64,000 nucleotides of DNA from assembly GCA_965202585.1 (NCBI GenBank), contig OZ241831.1, positions 17,112,001 through 17,176,000 on the forward strand, read 5' to 3'. A program made the translations under genes and the position numbers. The DNA comes from Thalia democratica (lineage: Eukaryota). The notes below the pieces were generated by a model that saw only the letters and a program-made list of their open reading frames with translations, ran no database searches and was not told the origin of the DNA. Below are positions 26,316 to 39,228 of this stretch, one piece after another (position 1 is the first letter of the stretch; each line of letters starts with the position of its first letter).

Positions 26316-28565
26316 ATTCAACCTATACTCCCATTCTTCAAATTTGGTTTAAAATATGTTTTTCTCATTAAGTTATCTCAGTATGATAATGTTATTTACA
26401 AATTGTATCAAGACCTCAGGGTTTAACAAACATCTTCCTTTTACTTTATTTTCTGATGAATTTTCTTTTTAAAACTTAAAGGTAAACAGATAGGTGTATT
26501 CGCTGATCAATTAAAAATAACTGTTTGTTAGTTGCAGTGGTAATTGATGATTGTTCAAGCTTTTGTTGTTGACGAACGTACTAAATCAAGTTAATAAAAC
26601 ACATACTATATTATTTTAAGTAAATTTAAATTAACGCTTTCTTTGAAAACATAATTAAGATTTACAACTTCATTCAATAGATCAAACATTTTATTTGTGT
26701 TTATTAACGAAAATCACTTTAATATAATTTTTTAATAAATTTCTTCAATAGTCTTATTCATAGCAGCCTAAAATTTTTTTTACAAGATTTCTTATCAGTT
26801 TTCATTAGTTTTTTATTAAGAGTGGTTTGCTATGTGTTTAAATATATTTTGTAAATTTAAACTAAGACTTAATGTCTCTTTTAATGCTTGTTTTGATTTT
26901 CAGATATTTATTATAGCTGAAAATCTCAATTAACTTATTATTTAACTTAAACATTGTTTATAAAAAAATTGTTATCTGCAACACATATTACATAGCAAAA
27001 ACATTAGCACTAATTTTTACGAATATATTCTACAAGTAATGTATATAAACTCTTGTCATACTCACTTTAGATATATTTTGAATGTTTTTTGTTAAATAAA
27101 AAAATTGATACAACCTAAAAAATCAAATTTTTGATCTAAGTGTGACATTTTTAAGTGTGCAAAGTTACAACTTAAAAAAAGTACTAACCCTCAAAGAAAT
27201 GCTAAATCACTAATAATTAATTTTATAAAAATAGTTCAGTTGTAGTCGTTAGACACAGAACTAACTACTCCAAATAATCAAAAACTTTGATACGAATTAT
27301 GATAAAAAAAACTTATTATTATTTGTCTATATCAGAGTAGATTATCAATTGTAGATGTAAATTTTAAAACTTTAGCTAATTTAATTTCTGTAACTTACAT
27401 GATTTCTATTTGAAGTTAAAAGATTTTTTTTTCAACTAATATTAAAGTTTGCCCTCTTAAAGCTTGTTAGACTGACTACAATTGTTATTGATCTCATTGA
27501 TATTTAGTTTATAACTGTCTTTTGGTTACATACGAAGTAGAAAGGTAAAGTTTTTTTTTGTAGAATTAAATTTAAGTTAATGGAAATTCGAATTGATATC
27601 TAAAAAATTAACCAGATTTCCGAAATGTTTTTTGGTTTTTTTTCAGGTTTTCTAAATTTATTTCATGTTTTTGAAAGTATAAGTTTTTTGTCCATTTTTG
27701 GTAAAAACTAAATTTAAAGTAAGAAAATGCCTTATTTGTATTAAAATACTGAAAAGATACTGTAAAGTTACAATTGATGTGTTATAAATATAGTAATGAA
27801 AATTCTAAATGATACAAAAAATAAAGTATATGATAGATTTTTCGTATTTTACCAAAATTTCAGGACTTTACATATAAAATTTGCTTTAAATTACAGCATT
27901 TTTAGTGATTTTTGATGAAAATTTCAGGTTTTTTTTTTAATTTCTCAAATTCAAGGTCTTTTGGTACCCCTGATTTACAAGATTTTTAGTGATTTTTGTT
28001 GAAAAATTCAGATTTTTCAAGATTTTTTTTTCTAAATCTAGGTCTTTTGGTAAAATAAATTAAGCAATAAAATTTAAGCCAAATAAATCTCACATTTACA
28101 TTATTTATCACTTTATAAAGTTTATTTTGCTTTTTAACAGTTTAATTTTAATTTAAAAACAATTTTTAGAACAATATTTATTAGCGAAAGCTTTTATCTA
28201 TTTACTATAGTAGCTTAAACTTTGGTCGTTAATAAGGCAAACTGGGTTACTTATTAATCTAACTTAATAGCAGCAAAAATTTTAAATAACTAAACACTTT
28301 GCACAAAACTTTAAAAGACATTAGTGGCATTATGAAATTAATCTATATTTCTCAAGTTTTATTTTTCTAACTAGAAACTTTTACGCTGGCAAATATTCTA
28401 TGTGCCATTTTTATTAAAAGCAATTTCATCTTAAAAAACACCCAATTAAAAAAACTTTACTGCTTTAAACAACATTATATTAAATTAAACAACGCAACCA
28501 AAATGATCTTAATGAAAAAACGAAGAAGAAAAAACACTTATCACTCATTTATTTTTTTATCTAAT

Positions 28566-31500
28566 TTATCGCACTTCTCCGTCCTCTTTCTCTCTGCTTT
28601 GTTCTTCATTCAGCTTTTTTCTCGCATAAGCTCTGGATAAGTTTTATTTTTAAGTTTAAATACTTTATGGTTTCAAATACATTAGTACAATAGGCTATTT
28701 AATAAATAGAATTTAAACTATTTTAGTTTAAATTTAAATACATTTTTTACTACTATATTAGTTGATTTTAAAAAAATTTTTATTTGATTTATCAAAAAAA
28801 ATTTAGATGAGAAACAGATAGAAAACTTATATATAAAGTTTTATCTAAGTAAAAACACATAACATTAGTCAATAAAAAAATAATAAAACAAATTTCATTT
28901 AGTTAAAAAGGGTAGGAAACCTACTGCCCTTGAGATTGACAAGCACGAATATCTGGGAACGGGTCTAAATTGCATGAAGACAAAATTGCACGAGGTTACT
29001 AAATTGCACTAGGGGACTAAAAAGCACGAGAACAAAATTGCACGAGTGAACAAAGCCAAACTTGCACGAGGGAAAAAAATTGCATGAAGACGATTTTGCA
29101 CCAAGGGTCAATTTAGCACGCGAGTAAAAAAATACAGGAAAAAAATGTATATAAAATAAAAACAGAAAAAACTAAAGACAAATCAAAAAAAAATTACTGA
29201 CCGAGGGTAAGGGTAACAGTAATAGTAAAAATAAATATAAAAAATAAATAATAAAAATTATTATCAAAAAAAAAATTAATTAAAAAAAAAGCTACCGACC
29301 GAGGGTAAGGGGTAACAGTGATAGTAAAAAAATTGAGAAAAAAATATAAAAATAAAAAATAAAAATAAAAAGTAACAACTTACCGACCGATGGTAAGGGT
29401 TAGGGGTAACAGTATAAAAAAAAATTAATTAAAAAGAAAAAAAAATTAATACAGAAATTAAAAAATAAATAAATAAAAATTTAACCCGTTCAAAAATGTC
29501 TTTGTGCAATTTTGTCCCCTCGTGAAATTTTGTACGCTCGTGCAAATTAGATAGCTACCCCAAATATCTGGCCCGCGACTTACTTTGTAGGTGTATAAAA
29601 ACAGGTGAACAACAAATAAAACTGTGATTTTTATTTTTTTAATTTGGTCTTTATTCAATTTTCAGTCAACAGTAGTGCTTATTATATGATCACTTCTTAA
29701 CAGTTTCGTTTAAGAAATTTATTTAACTAAAATAAAATAGTTTTCAAAACTTGCGGCCTGCAAAGACTGATGTTTAGAAAGTTCTTCCAGCGAAAAAGTT
29801 TCTACTAAATTTAGGCCGCTGATTATAAAAGTTGCCTACCCTAAATTACTTTAAACATTTGTTTTTTTTTTCTTGGAAATTTAAAATAGAAATATTATTT
29901 ATGCACTGCCTTAACTTTTTAAGTATTTATAAATTTAGGTTTTTAATAAAATTTGACACACTTTGTGTTTAAGTACGAAGAAAGTAATAAAGAATAAAAA
30001 AACATTTTCGAACAATTAATTAAACAACCATAGGATTTGGTTTACTTTAACAATTTTTCCAGAAATAAACCTGTAGAAGCCAGTGACAAATCCATGTCTG
30101 TACCATCTTCTCATCATCTTACTCAAAGTTTCCTTGTTGAAGGTATTGGGACATGTGAGACTTTCAGAACCGGGAAATTCAGGCGCTTGTATTTCTGATG
30201 GTTGAAATTTTAAAAATGTTAACACAAACGAGGTTTCATAAATGTTCTTCTTATACTAAATAACATCCTGATATGAAACAACAACTTATTATTAAACAAA
30301 TAAAACTTAATCTAAATATAAGTAATTTCGAATTTTGTACTTTTAAGATAAAAAACATATTATAGTACTAAGATAAAAGTTAATATGACGAATAACTAAA
30401 CATTAGCGTATTAAAATTTCGAATGAAAATTGTTAAACATTAATATAGGGTTGCCATTTCGGAAGCAAAGAAAAACATCAGAAATAATCTAACATAGCCA
30501 GATTGTACAAGCAAAACTTTAAATAACTAGAAACCAAAAGTTTTTTTTTTGAGCCTTCACAATAAAATATAACTGTATATAAACTAAAATAATAACGTAA
30601 CTTTCTATGAGATGATTAAAATTAATTTATTTGTTAAAAATAATTTAGCCTGAGTTTTTTTTTTTAATTACAGTAACTCTACCCGATAGTTAAAAGGTGT
30701 AATTGGTTTAAAAATGTGAAAAAATAGTTAAATTAAAAGAGTAACATGCTAATCGATTTGTTTATTAAATTTAAAGCTTGATTTCACTTAAGCTTTATAT
30801 ATAAGTATTTTTTAAATTCATACTTCACGCTGATTTGTTTTTTTACTTAAAATGTAGGGCACAGGCTATAATAAACTTTTATTTTTAATTAAATATATAA
30901 AGTTTATAATTTTTGAACTAAAATCCAAAAAGAGTTTTAAATATTTCGTTTGAAAATAATTAAGGTAGAATTTACATTAACAATGAAAAACTTATTCGTA
31001 AACTATGAACTTTTTCTTCTTAACCTTTACTACAGATTTATCTATTCTAAAAATTAACCTAAAGTTTGATAAACTAAAACGTTCACAAATGATATAAAAC
31101 TTGGTTCTAAAAACATCTACGTATAAATAATCCTTTTGTATGTTTATACGAAGAGACCATTTGTTTTGTATTTTATCATCAGCATATGGGAGTGAACGAT
31201 AAATTTTTTATGCAAATTACTTTTCAATAGATTTAGTACAACGCTAAACAACTTAATCTGATGACAACAAAACCAAATACAAACTGACCAGGAAGAATAT
31301 CAGGCTTTTCTGTCAATAACGTATTAACATCCCTATCAAGTTCAGGAGCTTTCGGCGTTTTATGGGAGAATTGGTTCATCATCTCCCGCTTGTTCATGGC
31401 GCATATTGCCAATGCTGACTCAACAGCACGCTTCAACTTCTCAGTTGTTTCCTGGTTTTTATAGTTATTTTCAAGCTTAATTGCTGTTTGAGAATTAAAA

Positions 31501-33995
31501 TTCTCAAGTTAATTTTTTTTAATTATTTTCTTTAATTATTAACATAGTTACATTTTTTTAAATATACTAAACATGAAAAAGTATTTTGCTGTTTTCTTGA
31601 TTATAAAATTTTCAACTATTTTCATTAAAAAACTTTTACCATTAAGAAACTAAGAAAGTAATATTAAAGTAAATTGTTGATATCAAAATTTACTTCGACC
31701 TTTGATAAATTATATTCATTTTTTTTATTGTATATAATAATTGCGAAACATAGATTAGTACAATCTTGGTAGTGAATTTATAAAAACTACATTATACTTT
31801 TAAATAAATTTTCAGCAGCTTCAATATACAACTAAATATCGCTTCAAAACAAGTTCAAAACTTTAAAAATGAGTTTTTGTCAGCTAATTTCTAAACACTT
31901 TCAAGTTTAGAACAAATTTTGAAATGTTTTTTAATAACTTATCTTTCAAACTACATTAACCCCGAAGGCCCATGTTTCAATCAATAAACGTTTTTAAATA
32001 AAATATTCAAAATGCGCAGTCTTCGTTTTTCTAAATTTACCAAGTAAAAAATTTTTTTTTCAATATAAAGTAGTTGTCAAAATTATAAAAATGACTATAA
32101 AAAATGTTGTGCAAAACTAAAAGTTAAATAATGAAACATATACGGACTCTAAAGTTACAATGGTAAGATCATGAATGGTTAATAGAATCATAAACCAATA
32201 GATTTATCTAACTACAGCATTGAATTAGTTTTTTTGATAAATCAAATATGATAACCATAGCTAAAATATTATGTTTAAAAATAAAAACAGATTTTGGATT
32301 AACAGATCATAAGAGATTTAAGGCCATGGGCGGGTAAATAACTTTATTTATTTAGTATTAATTTTACATTAGAAACTAAGCTACCAGTTGTATTTACAGT
32401 TTTTACTTTAACTCAAAGGAATTTTTGAGATATAAGCAATAAAAGTTAGAGAGTTCAATAGGATATATACAGAACGCACAAACTAAAATGCCAAAATAAA
32501 GCATTTAAAATAATCTATCTTCTCCTAGAGTTTTTGAGCAACTGATTTTAAACTGTCTCAAACTAATTTTTTATAAATTATAATAGCATTTGTAGTAAAC
32601 TTTTTTTCTACAACTTGTGTTTATATAGAATTTTAAAATCTTGAAAGTTGCTTAAAAATGTAGGAGGTGTAGACTATTAGTAAACTTTTCAAATACATTA
32701 GTAAATGAGCCATAAAAAATGTCTACGTTATACATTAGTATCAGAAAGTTTTTTAAAAACTGATTATAAAATCAAAAATTGTTTTTTTTTTTTACTTATT
32801 AGTACTACCTTATAATGTATACTTTAAGTTTTAAAAAAAGAATCAATGTTAACTTCTGTAAAACAATGTGACCACCCTCTTTGAGATTTAATATATAACA
32901 CAAATTTTACTGTGTAGTAAATGTAAAACTACAAAAAAAAATCATTACATAAAAATATTTAAAATAAGTAAAAGATTCATACCTGTAGCAAATTTAGCTC
33001 TACATTTTAACAAAGCATTAGAGGTTTAATATTTACAAAATAAAAAGATCAAACAACTACCACTAAAAAAAAAATAGTAAAAACTAACTTCAAAATTTTC
33101 TGTACAATGTTTAATGTAAAACTTTAATCAAATTAATTGAATATGTAATACTCGTTTCATTAATTGCAATTATGTACCTTGTTGTAGCATTGCTGATTTT
33201 GGCCGCTTTCAGATTTTTCTTCTGGCTCCTTTTTCCTTCTCTTTTGCTCTGGACTCCTCGACCTAGACGTGCGCCTATCGTATCTTGAAGGAGCAGGCCT
33301 TATTATTTTACTGCAATTTTATTACTCACTATTCAATTAACTTATTCTTTTTTCTTTTACTTTTTTACTCTACTAGCTACTTTTATGGTACTTTTCTTGT
33401 AAAGTATTTTATCCAATAGGATATTCTATAAATATGTTGCTTTCTTGTTGTACTCGTTTTACTTTGGGAGTATGTTAAAATAATATTTATTTAAAGACGC
33501 TTGTCAAAAAAAAACTAAACACTAACTTTAGTTTTCAAACATTTAACCCCAAATCAAAGGACGCACAATATCAAGAAAGAAAATTAAATTTAAGTTAAAT
33601 TATTAAAAAATGAAGAAATTAAACTACAAAATAATTGCATTGTATTTCAAAAAAAAAGTGATATTTATGAGTATAATAAATATACAAACTCTTATGACTA
33701 ATAAAATTTTTTTTTTAAACTTATGAATATTCTTGATGCAATCAATTAAAATTTGTTCATTACAATATTACGCAGAAAAAAACTGACAATTTCATAAAAA
33801 ACAAGCAACATGTTAAACTTGATAGGAATTAAAAATCTAATCTGAAGGGTAAATAAGCAAAACTTTCAATATCAACCTGTCATCATGACTGCGATGGTGG
33901 TGCGAAGAGTCCGAATATCTTTCATGTCCGTACGGATGGTAATTTCTATCATCGTACACACGGGGCGGGTTGTATCGGTGGTGAGGATACGACAT
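28566..33995 (-). CDS. Uncharacterised 221-aa protein: His/Arg/Ser-rich N-terminus, helical middle, C-terminal SMN-like YG-box and EDGEV tail
   Basis: Exons (minus) 33995-33877, 33310-33178, 33099-33089, 32999-32983, 31483-31289, 30194-30071, 28632-28566; all GT-AG with closing phases (2,0,2,1,1,2), 666 nt in total. The C-terminus reads CPNTFNKETLSKMMRRWYRHGFVTGFYRAYARKKLNEEQSREKEDGEVR*. Confidence 0.78.
28955..29560. mobile_element. Non-autonomous MULE/Mutator-type element (same family as 25688-26315), in the last intron of the SMN-like gene
   Basis: TIRs gggaacgggtctaaattgca / tgcaaattagatagctaccc; near-perfect 9-bp TSD cgaatatct/caaatatct; ttgcacga repeats and three accgaccgagggtaagggt units. 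Confidence 0.75.
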
Positions 33996-34540
33996 CTTAG
34001 AAATTATTACTAAAACTGTAGAAACAATTGTACTACGTGAAAAATAAATAGAGCTTCATGTGAAAGCTTGTGTAGTATTGTTAAGGTTGCTTGCGGAAGC
34101 TTTCAATAAAAGAATATATGCATAAACAATAATTTACAGCGTTAAATGTAGCAGTAGCTATAATGTCGAGTGAAAATAAAATTTAGAAATTAAAGAGTAG
34201 TTTATGCAATTAATTTTAAGCTTGAAAATACTTAGCATTTATTCAAAGTAATTATACTTTAAACAAACCAATACATCATAAAATTTATTTAGTATATACT
34301 ATTATTTTATTAAGTTTTTGATTAAGACTAATCTACAAAAAAAGCTAATTAGTAAAATGGTGAAATGCAAAAAATATACTTAAATAAGAAAGAATTTAAA
34401 TAAATCTAATAAAAATAGTTTAAATGTACTTGCATATGTATTTAAAAATCTTAAATTTAAAATTGCTTTCATACTAAATTGTTAACACTAAAAAAATTCA
34501 TATTCTTAAAAAAATTATTTCAACAGTTTCAAACAACTAA

Positions 34541-34564
34541 TATATATATATATATATATATATA
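34541..34564. repeat. (TA)12 microsatellite
   Basis: Direct reading of the sequence. Confidence 0.9.
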
Positions 34565-35209
34565 CAAACACTACATTATAATTTATAATAAACTCAAAGA
34601 GATTTTCTACTATAACATAAATTAATGTTTTTTTCTTGTCAAAAAAAAGTTTGTCATCAAATCTGCTACGTCTATCAAAAAGTACAAATATTTAAAATAA
34701 ATATGAATTAAAATGTATGTTATCTTTAATTTACTTATATAAACTTATTTTGAAACTAATGTAGTATATCTCAAAAATTTAAAGATCTACTTTTCTTTTA
34801 GAATCTAGTTTACAGTTAGTTTCAAAAAGCACTAAATTTTTCTTAATCAGTGGTGGTTTTACAAAACAAAAAAAATTAGAAATTGAAATATAAGTAAATT
34901 TTAAATACAAAATGTACTACTATTAAAACTTAAAAAAAATTGCACTTGATTCAAATTGCAGAATATTACTATTTATTTCAACTTTATAGCAAACTTAAAT
35001 AGAAGTTTAAATTTCTTAAGAGGTGTATCAAAATATTTTTTTTTTTAAGTACATCAAGGATCAATATTTATAGATTTTAAAACTAAAAATCGAGTACAAG
35101 GCACAAAAGAAATATCTTTTATACTGTAAGATGTTACAAGTTAAATAAATTAAATAATACAAAATAAATTACTAAGTCCAAAAATATAAACTGTCAACGC
35201 TTTATATAT

Positions 35210-37840
35210 TTAGTCTTTATCAATTTCCACTTTATTAAGAGAAAATAATTCACTTTCATTCAAAACAGTTTTACTAGAAGTTTTAGCATCCACTTTAGAA
35301 ACGTTTTCTTCAACTGAAACTTCTTGTTGTGTCTGCATTGTTGGTAAGTTTGCTGGGTTAGAAGTATCTTCTTCAGATAGTTGATTAACTTTTTCGTTTA
35401 TGATTAGGTTGTTTTCAGATACATACATAACATCTTTTTCAAGTAATGCATTCAGCTGAAATAAAGATTGGTCTTCTTTTGTTTGATCAGTAGTTTTTAA
35501 TTCTTTACTATTATTTTCAAAGTTTTTTTCAATACTGCTTTCTTGGATAATATTTTCTTTCTTATTAGTATCAGAATCAATCTTAACATCATTTTTATCA
35601 ACTTTATTTGTCTGAATTTCTGTGGTTAAAGGCTCAAGATTAGATGGATGATCATTAGTTTGACTTATAATTTTTAAAGATACAGCATCAACATTTTTAT
35701 TAATAGAATCAACTATATTATTTCTTATTTCTTTAGATTCATTTTCATCAGGCATAGTTGTGTTTTTACTATCACTTTGGTTTATTTTGTTTTTATTGGT
35801 GCTCATTGAATCACATTTTGACTGATCACTGCTGGCCTCATTTAAAACAGTAGAAGAAAGATTATCTGTTTTCTGTTCTTCACCATTTAAACTTTTTGAT
35901 TCATTTAAACACTGGTCACTTTCTTTATCAGAATTATTACCATTTGTACTTGTTTCTAATAGATTGTCAAGTAATTTTTGAGATTCTTTATTTAAATTAT
36001 CGGAAACAAGCTCAAAGTTGTTTTCTTGTTTGCAGTCTTCATTAGTTAAAGATTTTGTTATATCATCTGTAAGTAAGCTGTTTAAATAAGAATCAGGTAT
36101 GTCACCTTTTGATGAGGCATCATTTAAAATTTCAAGATCTTCACTAAAAACCAACTGCTGTTGGACAATAGAAGAAGGTGAAATAGATTTAATTCTATCA
36201 ATAAGGCATTCAACACTAATTACTGGAAATTTTTCCACATTTGATGAGAAAGCTGATGGACCAAAAGCAACATTTAAATTATCATTTGAAAACATAACTT
36301 GTAAACAATCATTTATGTGAGGTATAGCTGTATAAATAAAAGACTTACATAAGCTGTCAAAGTTTTTCTTTTCAGTTTTACTAAAAGCAGCACTTTCAGC
36401 TGAATGGAATGTGACTAAAATATCAGCTGCTTTACTGAAAGCAGCAGATAAATTGATAAAAAGCCATTGAGCAATTGAAACAGGGCAACAAGATCTCACT
36501 TGGTTTAGCATAGATAATATTCCATTAACAAGCACACATAAAGGCTGGTGCTGGAGTAAATTTACTGGTGGAAGAGGAGTTTTAGTTGTACTACTTGGAG
36601 TTACAGATGTTGATTGGTTGTGTGATACAGATGCCATTAGAGAATGTGACATCATCAAGGATTCAAAACTATTTACTGTTGATTTGAGCTCCTCCGCAAG
36701 TATTTTTTCAGTAGTTTCAATAAAAACATTAGCTATTAGGCTCCTAAAGTCTGCTCCAACTTTGCTAAAAGACTGGCCAAAATACATGACTGGTCGTAGA
36801 ATTGAGTCCAATCTGCTTGGAATAAGAGGTAAATACTTTTTAAGTTCCTTAATAAACACAGAAACCCTGTATGTTATCCAACTTGAAAATATTGCAGAAC
36901 TTTTTGGTTTTCCATCTGCTGATTCTTCCAAATGGTATGAGTAATCAAACGGACTACTAAAAGTTGTGTCATCCATGAAGATAGCTCTATATTGAGTAAC
37001 TATACTGAACAAATTGACTCTATATACTTCTAGCAACTGGCTAAGGTAATCATGGACCTGATTTTCATCATGTGATTTTCCTTCTTTGAGAAAAGGCAAC
37101 TTACTTTCAAACCAAGAATTTCTGACCTGTAAAAATTTGAATCTTAACTCAATCTCACTGAAGCATTCAAGTCTCCGTACATATCCAATAATTTTTAGAC
37201 AAACTGGAAGCTGCAAAGAAGTTTTAAGCTGAGCTAAAAGCTGCTCAAGCATCAAAACAGTTGAGTTTTTAACATCATCTATAATACCAGCTATTACTGG
37301 TATTTCAGCTATATGTTGTTTTTTGCTCAAACGTTTTACATAAAAAACAAGCTCAAGGGCATCTTCATAGTACTGGTTTCTAACACATGTATTCATTAAT
37401 TGTGGAATTTCTAATATTTCAAGAAGCTCTGTGTTTTTCTGGAGAGTCAAAGATGTGCACCTTCTTACATTACCAATTTTACTGACCTGTTTAAGAAAGC
37501 TTTGTCCATGATCTGAAAGCTGTGGTAAGGTGCTGATCATGTTGTCAAGTTTCTCCTCAATCACACTAAAATCTTTAACTATTCCTTTAGAACAGTCTGC
37601 AGTACTAATAAAAGTTTTATAGTTGTGAAAAGCTAAATCTCTAGTCTGCTGTAACAATGAAACTTTCTTTTCTTCAAGCCTTTCTGGCTCTTTGTTTAAT
37701 GTATCAAGGTCAGAACCACAAAGGTGAGAAATATAAGGTAAGAAATAAGGGCTTTTCATTTTATCATCTGCAAGATCATCAGTAAATATTGATGCAAATA
37801 TGGCTTCATCTTCAACATTAAAACTTTTGCAACTGTCCAT
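35210..37840 (-). CDS. COG8: Conserved oligomeric Golgi complex subunit 8 (Dor1 family), single coding exon with a long acidic low-complexity C-terminal extension
   Basis: 876-aa ORF with COG8 motifs LNKEPERLEE..LAFHNYKTFI, LLEILEIPQLMNTCVRNQYYEDALEL, LPVCLKIIGYVRRL, RVNLFSIVTQYRAIF and MYFGQSFSKVGADFR. 3' acceptor ttttttacag at 37857-37858, 16 nt before the ATG. Confidence 0.95.
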   Translation of the reverse strand: MDSCKSFNVEDEAIFASIFTDDLADDKMKSPYFLPYISHLCGSDLDTLNKEPERLEEKKVSLLQQTRDLAFHNYKTFISTADCSKGIVKDFSVIEEKLDNMISTLPQLSDHGQSFLKQVSKIGNVRRCTSLTLQKNTELLEILEIPQLMNTCVRNQYYEDALELVFYVKRLSKKQHIAEIPVIAGIIDDVKNSTVLMLEQLLAQLKTSLQLPVCLKIIGYVRRLECFSEIELRFKFLQVRNSWFESKLPFLKEGKSHDENQVHDYLSQLLEVYRVNLFSIVTQYRAIFMDDTTFSSPFDYSYHLEESADGKPKSSAIFSSWITYRVSVFIKELKKYLPLIPSRLDSILRPVMYFGQSFSKVGADFRSLIANVFIETTEKILAEELKSTVNSFESLMMSHSLMASVSHNQSTSVTPSSTTKTPLPPVNLLQHQPLCVLVNGILSMLNQVRSCCPVSIAQWLFINLSAAFSKAADILVTFHSAESAAFSKTEKKNFDSLCKSFIYTAIPHINDCLQVMFSNDNLNVAFGPSAFSSNVEKFPVISVECLIDRIKSISPSSIVQQQLVFSEDLEILNDASSKGDIPDSYLNSLLTDDITKSLTNEDCKQENNFELVSDNLNKESQKLLDNLLETSTNGNNSDKESDQCLNESKSLNGEEQKTDNLSSTVLNEASSDQSKCDSMSTNKNKINQSDSKNTTMPDENESKEIRNNIVDSINKNVDAVSLKIISQTNDHPSNLEPLTTEIQTNKVDKNDVKIDSDTNKKENIIQESSIEKNFENNSKELKTTDQTKEDQSLFQLNALLEKDVMYVSENNLIINEKVNQLSEEDTSNPANLPTMQTQQEVSVEENVSKVDAKTSSKTVLNESELFSLNKVEIDKD

Positions 37841-38551
37841 TGTTTATCAGTAATATCTGTAAAAAATATATGCATATACTAATTATGTCTTTGCAGGCTG
37901 AGCAATGAAAAATTAAACAAAAAAGTTTCAAAATACTTATAAGCAATCTTGTAAGAAAATTAGGATTTAATAATCTCTATTGTGTATTGAAACTCAGAAC
38001 AAGCTTATTTTGAAATGATTGTTATTAAAAAACTCAATTTAGTTTGTTTCACACAAGCTGTTTGCAAACTGAATATATTTTGCAGGATAAAGGTTTATCC
38101 TTTATGGGCCACATTAAATCCCTAGGTTTTATCTTGCCTACCTCTATCAAATATATGATACTCAGTGGAATATAAAGTATCAACAAAAAAAAACAGATAA
38201 AGAAACCTGTAAGCATTGTTATAAAGCTAAGTTATGTTGAATATTGGATTTAAAGAATAAGCAAATTTATGGGATGATATCAACACCAAATAAAGTACTT
38301 ATATAAAAATTTAAAAATCTTAAAACTGTTAGTTTTACTAGTTTTGGTAATAAGTCAATTTTAAACTTGATTGAAAAAGTTTATTTATTTACCCATTTTT
38401 TATGGATTCCAAAGGAACTATTTTGTTACCATGATTTACAAACCTATAAAAAACGAATATGCTAACTCATAAAGTTTAATTTCATAAGAAGGTATCAATC
38501 CATTTTGTCTTTAGTTCATAGTTTTAATAATATATTTAAACTATTTGTTAA

Positions 38552-39228
38552 GGGCATAGGGGGGTAAACACTCTTTTTTGGTTTTTGATCTTATTTTATA
38601 TAGCTTTTGCTAAGCTACAAAATGCTTTTTACAGATTCAAAATATTCAAAATTAATTTCTAGATATAACCAGTCAAAGTTGGAGGCAACAATAGGTTCCT
38701 TATGGAAGGCGCAAACTAAAACGGCAAAAATAGACTATTTCACTAAAAATCTATCTTCTCCTATGTTTTTTGAGATAACTACCTCAAATTTTTAGGAAAT
38801 GTTCCTTGATATATTTAGAAAGTTCTGTTGGATGAAATTTTTAAAAAATTCAAAAATAAAAATTTTATATAAAAAATAAACAAAAAAAACAGTTTTTTTT
38901 AGTTTTTTTGTTATAAAATTTTTATTTTTTAATTTTTTTTAATTCTATTCCAACAGAATTTTCTAAATACTGCAAGGAACATTTCCTGAAAATTTGAGGT
39001 AGTTATCTCAAAAAACGTAGGAGAAGATAGATTTTTAGTGATTTCTAGTTATTTGCCGTTTTAGTTTGCGCCTCCCATAAGGTTCCTATTGTTGCCTCTG
39101 ACTTTGACCGGTTATATCTCAAAAATTATTTTGAACTTTTTAAATCTGTAAATAGCATCCTGTAGCTTAGTAAAAACTATATAAAATAAGATAAAAAACC
39201 AAAAAAGGGTGTTTACCCCCCTATGCCC
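38552..39228. mobile_element. Foldback (almost fully palindromic) non-autonomous DNA transposon, TTAA target, Kolobok-like termini
   Basis: ttaa|GGGCATAGGGGGGTAAACAC...GTGTTTACCCCCCTATGCCC|ttaa. The inverted complementarity continues for about 330 bp per arm to a centre near 38890. Confidence 0.85.

Noticed and set aside
26075-29412. gagggtaagggttagggg units as telomeric repeats or G-quadruplexes
   Set aside because: Only three G-runs per unit, and they are internal repeats of the MULE family rather than a telomeric array.
25703-29658. Short ORFs 25703-25885 and 29458-29658
   Set aside because: They lie in or overlap subterminal repeats of the MULE-type elements; no protein features.
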